NCBI GenBank assembly: GCA_038230615.1
Contig: JBBRMX010000002.1
Location: 1 to 43,035 of the forward strand
Source of the DNA: Thermomicrobiales bacterium
Lineage (GTDB): Bacteria > Chloroflexota > Chloroflexia > Thermomicrobiales > JALYUS01
Length of the DNA stretch: 43,035 bases
Direction of reading: 5' to 3'
Shown in pieces: positions 17,388-25,300 of the stretch; within the stretch, counting starts at the first letter, position 1, and each line of letters starts with the position of its first letter. The position numbers were made by a program, and so were the translations under genes. Below the pieces are notes generated by a model. The model did not search any database. It saw only the letters and a program-made list of their open reading frames with translations, and was not told where the DNA came from.

Positions 17388-20300
17388 ATGCCCGTGATGG
17401 AACGCTCGGATGCAGACCTCCATGCGACGCTTGTGACACCGCCGACGGAACAACACCGTGCGGGTGTCGTATCGCGCCGTCTATCCTTCCATTCGGTAGG
17501 GCAAGCGATGCAATCGCCCGCGTTGCTTGTGCCGATTGTGCTGCTCGCACTCATGCTGCGGCTCAACGGGTTGCAGTGGGACGCGGGCTGCGTGCGCGGC
17601 GCGGAACCGACACTCTGCCACCTCCACCCCGACGAGCGCAATATCACCATCGTCATCACAAGCCGCATCCTGCCGGAGTGGCCGCCGCGCTGGGGCGATC
17701 TGCTCGTGCCGGAGCGCAGCCCGCTCAACCCACGTTCCGACGACCCCGCAACAGGTCGCCCGCGTGATTTCGCCTACGGCAGCCTGCCGCTTTTCGTGAC
17801 GAAAGCAATTGCGGGGACGATGCAAGCACTCACCGGCACGCCATGGACGGAATACGACCGCATTGTGCTGGTTGGGCGTGCGCTCTCAGCGGTGCTCGAT
17901 GTTGGGACGTTGCTGCTCGTCTACGCACTGGCACGGCGGTATGCGCGGTGGGCGGGAAATGTCGCTGCTCTCCTCTTTGCGTGCTGCGTCTTGCAGATTC
18001 AACTCGCCCATTTCTTCGCCACCGACACGTGGGTGACATTTTTTGCGACGGCGGCGGTGTGGGCATTCGTCCGGGCGGCGGAGCGGCATCGCGTGCGGGA
18101 TTTTGTGTGTGCCGGTGCGCTGGTCGGGCTGGCGGTGGCGAGCAAAGCATCGGTGGCGTTCTTGGCGTTTCCTGCATTCGCCGCACTCGTCGTCCATGCT
18201 GTTACGCCCGATCCGCGAGCGAACGAGGACGCCGACGAATCACGCCCGCTCGTGCGATTGTTCTCGATGGGGCTGGCGACCGCGTGGGCGGCGGTGCTGG
18301 CGTTTGCCGTCGCGGAGCCATACGCATTGCTCCGGCTCGGCACGTACATGGAAGCCATCGGCACCCAAGCACGGCTCGTGAAGGGCGATCTTGATTACCC
18401 GTACACACGGCAGTATGTCGGCACCGCGCCGTATTATCATCTCAAGAACCTCGTGCTGTGGGGAATGGGACCTGCGCTCGGTCTGCTGGCGTTGGCGGGT
18501 TTGGTGTGGGGCATCGTCCGCGTGGCGAGAACGCGGCGCACGGTAGACTGGGTGCTCTTGGCGTGGGTGGTGCCGTATCTCGCGTATACTGTGCCGCAGT
18601 CGGTGAAGTTCATGCGCTACCTTCAGCCCGTCTACCCTGTGCTGATCGTACTCGGTGTCGCGCTCATCGTGGATGCGACGCGGACGCGGGTTCGCATCGG
18701 GCAAAACTGGCTCTGGATGCCCCGCCCCGTTGCATTCGCGTCGCTGGCACTCGTGGCACTCTGCACCGCGCTCTGGGCGGGGGCATTCTCGACGATCTAC
18801 GAGCAGACGCACAGCCGTGTTGCCGGCAGCGAATGGTTCGAGGCGAACATCCCGGCGGGATCGGTCGTTGCTACCGAAGTATGGGACGATGGCTTTCCGC
18901 AGGCCGTCTCCGCGACACCGAACGCCTACGATTGCGTGCGCCTGAACGCGCAACGCCCGAGTACCTGCTCCGGCTTCGATCTCTACCCCGATGAGGGGAC
19001 GGGCGAGACACGTCTGCGCTACCTCACCACGCTGATGAATCAGGCGGACTACATCGTCATGTCGTCCAACACCGTCTGGGGTTCGATCCCGCACGCACCG
19101 TGGCGGTATCCGGTGACCATCCGCTTTTATGATCTGCTCTTTACCGGGCGGCTCGGCTACACGACGGTCTACGATGGCACTGTCTCGCCGCATCTCGGCG
19201 CGTGGGCGATCAACGATCACGGCGCGGATCAGTCGTTTTCGTACTACGATCACCCGCAGGTGCGCGTCTTCAAGCGGACGCAGCCGCTCACCGCCGCGCA
19301 ATTGCGCCCGCTCTTTGCGGATGTGCTCGCGCAGCCCGCCGTACCGCAACGCGACCCCCCAAAACGCGCCTCGTTGCTCACGCAGGACGTGAACACGCTG
19401 CCGCCCGTGAATGATCGGGCATGGGGGGGGGTATGGGCGCGGAATGGCGGGGTGGCGGTCGGGCTGTATCTACTGCTGTTCGAACTGTTCGGGCTGATCG
19501 GCTGGCCCGTCGCGGCACGAATCTTTCGCCGCTTCCCGGATCGCGGGTGGGGGATGGCGAAGCCGCTCGGCTGGTTGGCGTGCGCGTATGTCGTCTGGCT
19601 CGGCGCAAGCCTGCACATCGTCCCGTTTACATTGCCCGTCGTGGCGGCAGTGGTGGCGGGGGGGATTGTCATCGCGGCGGTGGTTGGGTGGTGGAACCGT
19701 GCGCTGCTATGGGCGCACCTGCGGACAGAGTGGCGCACAATGCTCGGCAGTGAACTAACCGCGCTGGCGGGGTTCGCGCTGTTTCTGCTCTTTCGGTTGC
19801 GGAACCCCGACTTATGGCAGACCTACTGGGGCGGCGAGAAGCCTTTTGAGTTGGCGCAACTGAACGGCATCCTGCGCTCGGCTTCCTTCCCGCCGTACGA
19901 CCCGTGGCTGGCGGGCGGCACGATCAACTACTACTACTATGGCGCGTACCTCCACGCGTTTGTAATGAAACTGACCGGCATCGCGCCGGAGGTGGCGTTC
20001 AATGTGGCGGTACCTGCCACGATGATGCTGGTGTGGGGTGCGGCATTCTCGGTCGGCTCCGCGCTTTGGGTGCTGGTGCGTCGCCGGTCGCCGGAGCGCG
20101 GCAGCGATGCGGTGACGGGCGGCATTTGCGCTGCGATTGCGGTCGCGTTGCTCGGCAACCTCAATGCGGTGGGGCAAGTCGTTGCGCTTCTACGGCGCGG
20201 GGTCGGAGGGCGCGAGATCGGCACGCAGTTCGATTTCTGGCAGAGCACGCGGCTTATCCCCGGTACGATCAACGAGTTTCCATTTTTCAGCGGGCTATGG

Positions 20301-21794
20301 GCGGATTTGCACGCGCATGTCGTCGCGTTGCCTTTCGCGCTCGTCTGCGTGGGTATTGCGCTGGCAATCGCACTGCACTGGCAGCAGCCGCACCCGTTCG
20401 GGCCGCGTGTTCCCGCAAAGGTGCTGCTGCGTGGCGTGCCGTGGGTGAGCGTGGCGGTTGCTGCCCTCGTTGTGGGGGCGTTGTACCCGATCAATGCGTG
20501 GGACTTCCCCACGGCAATTGCCCTCATCGGTATCGGCATCGTGGTCGGATTGCGGCAGGCGGTGGCGCGGTGGCCCGTCGCGGTGCTTGGTGCGGCGGGC
20601 GGCGCACTGGGAATCGCGGCAGCGGGGTATCTACTCTTTTTGCCCTTCCATCGCAACTTCTATGCGGTCTTTGGCTCGTTCGCGGCGGTCACCGTGCCGT
20701 CGCCGCCGGGGGAATTTGGGGTCATCTTCGGGTTCTTTCTCGTCGTGATCGCCTGCGGCATCGCGGCGGCAAGCCCCGTGCGCGGCTGGAATTGGATCGT
20801 CATGCAGGATACATGGGGTGTCGGGGTACTGGTCGGCACGGTGGCACTCTGGCTGGTGTCACTTGTGACGCAACGCTGGGTACTGGTATGTACGGTGCCA
20901 CTGCTCGGTCTCTTGGCACTCTTGTGGCTGCGGAACGAGCGGCAACCGGCACGGCGGATGCTGTTCGGCCTCGGCATCGTTGGGGTCGGGCTGGTCTCAG
21001 TCGTGGAAGTCGTCTTCCTCGCGGACGATCTCATCGGCGGCGATTACGAGCGCATGAACACGGTCTTCAAGTTCCATTTTCAGGCGTGGACCCTGTTCGC
21101 GCTGGCGGCGGTGGGGTTTCTGTCGCTCGTCACCGACCGCTGGCGGCTGATTGACCCGGTCTTCCGGGCGATCTTTGCGGCGTTCGTCGGGATCGGAGTG
21201 CTGGCGTGCCTCGTGTATCCGGTCTTCGGCACACAATCGCGCCTCGCGCAGCGGATGCTGCCGGTACCTGCCGATGCGGGTCTGAACGGCAATGCGTGGA
21301 TGCAGACGGGCGTCGTGCTCGCGGACCAATGGAACAACACGGGGAGCGGCGAACCTATCGCGTTCCGCGATGATCTCGCCTTGATTGACTGGATGAATGC
21401 AAACCTGCGCGGCACGCCAGTAATCGCGGAAGCGGCAATCGGGCCGTACCGTGGCAACGGCTCACGCATTTCGAGCGCGACAGGCTTTCCCGCCGTTATC
21501 GGGTGGGAGCGACACGAGGAGCAGCAGCGCGGCGTGGACGGCTTGCCGGAGCGCAACCGCGATGTACGGGTGATCTACACCGCCACCGATGACGGACAGG
21601 TGCAGACGGTGCTCGACCGATACGCAGTACGCTATATCGTCGTCGGGGAGGTGGAGCGGCGTATTCGTGTCGCCCCAAACCAGACCTACGCATCGGCGGC
21701 GGGCTTGGAAACGCTGCAACGGATGGAGCGCGAAGGGATGCTACGCGTGGCGTGGCAGCAGAACGGGACCATTCTCTACGAGGTGATGCGGTGA
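17388..21794 (+). CDS. Giant polytopic membrane protein: GT-C-like (PMT_2/ArnT-like) N-terminal module fused to one Chlor_Arch_YYY / DUF2298-type module
   Basis: Highly hydrophobic, 1468-aa ORF. The N-terminal part has a loop motif LHPDER after the first helix and a soluble domain with ADYIVMSSNTVWGSIP...YDHPQVRVFKR. The second part carries GGEKPFE...AGGTINYYYYGAY. Start uncertain: ATG 17388 (ORF track) or ATG 17508 (MQSPALLVPIVLL). A TAGAAT -10-like box at 17381-17386 favours the downstream start. Confidence 0.85.
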   Translation: MPVMERSDADLHATLVTPPTEQHRAGVVSRRLSFHSVGQAMQSPALLVPIVLLALMLRLNGLQWDAGCVRGAEPTLCHLHPDERNITIVITSRILPEWPPRWGDLLVPERSPLNPRSDDPATGRPRDFAYGSLPLFVTKAIAGTMQALTGTPWTEYDRIVLVGRALSAVLDVGTLLLVYALARRYARWAGNVAALLFACCVLQIQLAHFFATDTWVTFFATAAVWAFVRAAERHRVRDFVCAGALVGLAVASKASVAFLAFPAFAALVVHAVTPDPRANEDADESRPLVRLFSMGLATAWAAVLAFAVAEPYALLRLGTYMEAIGTQARLVKGDLDYPYTRQYVGTAPYYHLKNLVLWGMGPALGLLALAGLVWGIVRVARTRRTVDWVLLAWVVPYLAYTVPQSVKFMRYLQPVYPVLIVLGVALIVDATRTRVRIGQNWLWMPRPVAFASLALVALCTALWAGAFSTIYEQTHSRVAGSEWFEANIPAGSVVATEVWDDGFPQAVSATPNAYDCVRLNAQRPSTCSGFDLYPDEGTGETRLRYLTTLMNQADYIVMSSNTVWGSIPHAPWRYPVTIRFYDLLFTGRLGYTTVYDGTVSPHLGAWAINDHGADQSFSYYDHPQVRVFKRTQPLTAAQLRPLFADVLAQPAVPQRDPPKRASLLTQDVNTLPPVNDRAWGGVWARNGGVAVGLYLLLFELFGLIGWPVAARIFRRFPDRGWGMAKPLGWLACAYVVWLGASLHIVPFTLPVVAAVVAGGIVIAAVVGWWNRALLWAHLRTEWRTMLGSELTALAGFALFLLFRLRNPDLWQTYWGGEKPFELAQLNGILRSASFPPYDPWLAGGTINYYYYGAYLHAFVMKLTGIAPEVAFNVAVPATMMLVWGAAFSVGSALWVLVRRRSPERGSDAVTGGICAAIAVALLGNLNAVGQVVALLRRGVGGREIGTQFDFWQSTRLIPGTINEFPFFSGLWADLHAHVVALPFALVCVGIALAIALHWQQPHPFGPRVPAKVLLRGVPWVSVAVAALVVGALYPINAWDFPTAIALIGIGIVVGLRQAVARWPVAVLGAAGGALGIAAAGYLLFLPFHRNFYAVFGSFAAVTVPSPPGEFGVIFGFFLVVIACGIAAASPVRGWNWIVMQDTWGVGVLVGTVALWLVSLVTQRWVLVCTVPLLGLLALLWLRNERQPARRMLFGLGIVGVGLVSVVEVVFLADDLIGGDYERMNTVFKFHFQAWTLFALAAVGFLSLVTDRWRLIDPVFRAIFAAFVGIGVLACLVYPVFGTQSRLAQRMLPVPADAGLNGNAWMQTGVVLADQWNNTGSGEPIAFRDDLALIDWMNANLRGTPVIAEAAIGPYRGNGSRISSATGFPAVIGWERHEEQQRGVDGLPERNRDVRVIYTATDDGQVQTVLDRYAVRYIVVGEVERRIRVAPNQTYASAAGLETLQRMEREGMLRVAWQQNGTILYEVMR

Positions 21795-24223
21795 TCGTGG
21801 AGAGTGTCCGGTGGGCGGCGACGTGGGCGGGCGTGCTCGTGCTTCTTTCGGTGGTCGTTTTCCCGCTGGCGTATCGCCTTCTGCCGGGATTGCCGGGGCG
21901 AGGTGTGGCGTTCTGCCCGCCGCTCGGTCTGCTTGTCGTGTCGTATCTATCGTGGCTGGCGGCATCGGTACATCTTGTGCCGTTCGGTGCGCCGTCGCTC
22001 TGGGGCGCGGTGGCAGTCGTTGCGGCATTGTCGGTGTTGTCGGAAGTACAGACGCGCGGCGCGGCGATAGGGTGGTTGCGGCATAATGGGCGGGTCGCGC
22101 TCTGGTTCTTGCTCGTGTTCGCGGCGGCATTTGTGCTGTTCGCGTGGGTGCGCGGCTTCCGCCCCGAAGTACGAGCGACCGAGAAACCGATGGAGATCGG
22201 CTTTCTGGCGAGCACGATGCGTGCTGTCTGGATGCCGCCAACCGATCAATGGTTCGCTGGCGGGACGATCAACTACTACTATTTCGGCTATGTGCAGGCG
22301 GCAGCGATGGCGCATCTCGCCGGGGTAAATGCGGGCATCGCGTTTAATCTGACGAACATCATGCTCTTTGCGATGGCATTCACCGCTGCGTGCGGCATCG
22401 CATACGATCTTCTCGCACGCGGTCGTCGGGAGCGGGGCGCACGGAGCAGGTCGCCGCTCCTCCCATCGCTGGTGGGCGGATTGTTGCTCGTGGTAGCGGG
22501 CAATGCATTCGCGTTGCTGCGGTTGCTGCAAGATCCCGCAACGACGATTGGGCAGTATTTTTACGAGGGTGTCGGCTGGAATAGCACGCGGGTCATCAAG
22601 GATGTCTTCGGACCGACGAACATCTTTCCGCAGATCACCGAATTTCCCGCATTCAGTTTCATTCTCGGTGATAATCACCCGCATGTGCTGGCTTTACCGA
22701 CGGTGCTACTCACAGTGGCGGTCGCATTCGGGTGGTGGTGGAAGCCGCTTGGCGGCTGGCGCGACGGTGTACCGCGCCTCGCATTGACTGCCTTGGTGAT
22801 CGGCGTACTGTACCCGCTTAATGCGTGGGATGTGCCGACCTTTGGGCTGCTCGTGGTGCTGGCGATGCTGCTGCGCCGTCCTGCCCTCTGGCAGCGCACG
22901 CTGGGCGCAGTGGCGGGTGTGGCGGCGGGTGCGTATCTGCTCTTTTTGCCCTTTCATCGCGGGTACATCAGCCCGCTCGGTGGCTCATACGGTGGGGAAC
23001 CTGCTGCGATCGCCCCGCTCACAGCGGTGCCGATACTCGGCAAACTCATCCGCACGATTGGGCTGGTTGTCTGGCCGCATACCGAACTGGGGCAATTTCT
23101 CGTCGTCTTCGTCCTGCCATTTGTGGTGTGCGGATGTCTCGTCGGGCGCGGCATCGCAGGTCGGGGCGTGCCGCTCTCGCCGCAGGCGCGGCAACGGTTA
23201 TTGGTTGCGGGCGTAGTTGTCGCGCTACTCGCCATCATGACGCGCACGCCGATGCTGTTTCCGACCGGGTTGCTCGTCGGTGGCGCAATCGTCGCGCTCG
23301 TGCGTCCGGTAACGCGCCCCAATCGTGCGGCGGTCGCGTCGCCATGGGCAGTGTGGACGGGGACGGATCGCGCTGCTACCGCGCTTGTGCTGCTTGGTGC
23401 GGCATTGCCGGTGTCGTGCGAGTTCGTCTATCTGCGCGATGCCTTCGATAATCGCCTGAACACGATGTTTAAGCTCGATTTCCAGTCGTGGGCGCTCCTG
23501 ATGATTGCAGGGGCATATGGTGTCCTCACACTGCTCAGTACAGTGCAGCGGGCAGCAACGGCGTGGCAGCCCGATCTGCGACGCTTCCGGTTGGCGGCGA
23601 CGGGCGCGGCGGTCGCCGTCTTCGTGGCATTTGCGGTGGCATATCCCCTTCTGACGGCATACGCACGCACCGGGCATTGGGGGCAGACGGGCGAGTTTGG
23701 CGGCCCTCCGGAGGGCTGGCAAGGGCTGGACGGCTATGCCTACGCTATCGCATCGAATCCCGACGAATACGCCGCCCTCCGCTGGCTCGAAGCGAACGCG
23801 GGTACGAACGACGCGATTGTCGAGGGCGTCGGCAATTCCTACGGCGAGACGGGCGGCTGGTTCGATGACCACTATTCCGCGCTCTCCGGCGTGCCGACGG
23901 TGCTTGGGTGGTACTACCATGAAGTGCAATGGCGCGGTGGTGATGACCGCGTGCGCCAGATTACATTACCGGAACGCCGCAACGATGTGAGCCGCCTCTA
24001 CACCACTACCAACATGACCGAGGCACGCGCCCTGCTCCAGAAATATGGCGTACGATGGGTCATTGTGGGGAATGCGGAAAAACTGATGTACGGCGATTGT
24101 CAGGCGATCTCGCAGTGCGATGCGAAGCCCGCGCCGGGGCTGGCGAAATTCCGGCAGATGCTCGTGCCGATGTACGACGCGGGCGGCGTGACGATCTACC
24201 GCGTGCCGCCGGACGGGGGATGA
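21791..24223 (+). CDS. Chlor_Arch_YYY / DUF2298-type polytopic membrane protein (single-module paralogue)
   Basis: Motif-by-motif paralogy with the C-terminal half of the preceding protein (TEKPMEIGF...AGGTINYYYFGY, NHPHVLALP, YPLNAWDVPT, FLPFHRGY, GWYYHEVQWRGG). Proposed GTG start at 21791 overlaps the upstream TGA as GTGA. The ORF-track ATG at 21752 lies inside the upstream gene. Confidence 0.85.
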   Translation: MIVESVRWAATWAGVLVLLSVVVFPLAYRLLPGLPGRGVAFCPPLGLLVVSYLSWLAASVHLVPFGAPSLWGAVAVVAALSVLSEVQTRGAAIGWLRHNGRVALWFLLVFAAAFVLFAWVRGFRPEVRATEKPMEIGFLASTMRAVWMPPTDQWFAGGTINYYYFGYVQAAAMAHLAGVNAGIAFNLTNIMLFAMAFTAACGIAYDLLARGRRERGARSRSPLLPSLVGGLLLVVAGNAFALLRLLQDPATTIGQYFYEGVGWNSTRVIKDVFGPTNIFPQITEFPAFSFILGDNHPHVLALPTVLLTVAVAFGWWWKPLGGWRDGVPRLALTALVIGVLYPLNAWDVPTFGLLVVLAMLLRRPALWQRTLGAVAGVAAGAYLLFLPFHRGYISPLGGSYGGEPAAIAPLTAVPILGKLIRTIGLVVWPHTELGQFLVVFVLPFVVCGCLVGRGIAGRGVPLSPQARQRLLVAGVVVALLAIMTRTPMLFPTGLLVGGAIVALVRPVTRPNRAAVASPWAVWTGTDRAATALVLLGAALPVSCEFVYLRDAFDNRLNTMFKLDFQSWALLMIAGAYGVLTLLSTVQRAATAWQPDLRRFRLAATGAAVAVFVAFAVAYPLLTAYARTGHWGQTGEFGGPPEGWQGLDGYAYAIASNPDEYAALRWLEANAGTNDAIVEGVGNSYGETGGWFDDHYSALSGVPTVLGWYYHEVQWRGGDDRVRQITLPERRNDVSRLYTTTNMTEARALLQKYGVRWVIVGNAEKLMYGDCQAISQCDAKPAPGLAKFRQMLVPMYDAGGVTIYRVPPDGG

Positions 24224-24272
24224 CCCGGAATTCAGCAAACGAGACACAGACAACCTAAAAGGAGAAGCCGCG

Positions 24273-25256
24273 ATGGTCGTGCCGCGCCCCGATGCCCCTG
24301 TGCCCCACCCGGTGCCAGTCGTCTTTTTCGGCAGCCCCGCGTTCGCCGTGCCGACCCTCGACGCACTGGCGGACGATGCACGCTTCGCAGTTCGGCTCGT
24401 CGTCACACAGCCGCCCAAACCAGCAGGGCGCGGCAATCATCTCGTCCGTAGCGCGGTCCATGACGCCGCCGACCGCCACGCCCTGCCCGTCTGGACACCC
24501 GACCGCCTGCGCGGTGTGGAGGCAATCACCCGTCTTGCGGTGGCAGAACCTGCGCTGTTCATCGTCGCGGCATACGGCAAGATTTTGCGCCCGGATACGC
24601 TTGCGGTGCCGTCACACGGCACGCTCAATATTCATGCATCACTGCTGCCCGCATACCGGGGAGCGTCGCCGATCACGGCGGCGATTCTCGATGGCGCGGC
24701 GCAGACGGGCATGACGATCATGCTGCTCGATCCTGGTCTCGACACGGGACCGATGCTCGCACATGTGGCGACAGACATATCGCGCGAGGATACGACCGAG
24801 ACGCTGACGGCGCGGTTGGCGTCGCTCGGCGCACTGCTCCTCGTGGAGACCGCGCAGGCGTGGGTGCGTGGCGAGGTCGTCCCCGTGCCGCAGGATGCTG
24901 CGTATGCCACCGTAACCCGCCTCATCCGCAAAGAAGACGGGCGCATTGACTGGTCGCAGCCCGCCGCCCGCATCGCCCGGATGGAGCGGGCGTATACCCC
25001 ATGGCCCGGTGTGTATACCTTCCTCGGTGGGAAGCGGCTCCTGCTGCGCGACCTTGCCGCGACAGAAGTAGAAGACACCGCCGGTGTACCCGCTGGCACT
25101 GTGGTTGCGGTGAGCGGGGAGTATCTCATTGTGGCGACAGGAACAGGGATGCTCCGCGTCGGAAGTATACAACCGGAAGGCAAGGGGGCGATGCCTGCGA
25201 AATCCTTCGCGGCGGGCAGACCGGGGCTAGCGGGAATGCATTTCGATGATATATAG
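24273..25256 (+). CDS. fmt: Methionyl-tRNA formyltransferase
   Basis: VVFFGSPAFAVPTL, VVTQPPKPAGRG, NIHASLLPAYRGASPI. AAGGAGAA RBS upstream. Confidence 0.95.
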   Translation: MVVPRPDAPVPHPVPVVFFGSPAFAVPTLDALADDARFAVRLVVTQPPKPAGRGNHLVRSAVHDAADRHALPVWTPDRLRGVEAITRLAVAEPALFIVAAYGKILRPDTLAVPSHGTLNIHASLLPAYRGASPITAAILDGAAQTGMTIMLLDPGLDTGPMLAHVATDISREDTTETLTARLASLGALLLVETAQAWVRGEVVPVPQDAAYATVTRLIRKEDGRIDWSQPAARIARMERAYTPWPGVYTFLGGKRLLLRDLAATEVEDTAGVPAGTVVAVSGEYLIVATGTGMLRVGSIQPEGKGAMPAKSFAAGRPGLAGMHFDDI

Positions 25257-25300
25257 TTAGAATTGCTAACGATCTAGCCACGTCCTGACGAAAGAGGGGC

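Noticed and set aside
18240-21154. Several long ORFs inside the 1468-aa gene, antisense or out of frame: 18240-19349 minus (369 aa), 19904-21154 plus (416 aa), 19937-20656 minus (239 aa)
   Set aside because: These are shadow ORFs with Arg/Gly/Ala-rich low-information translations. The annotated frame gives coherent TM helices and motifs shared with the paralogue.
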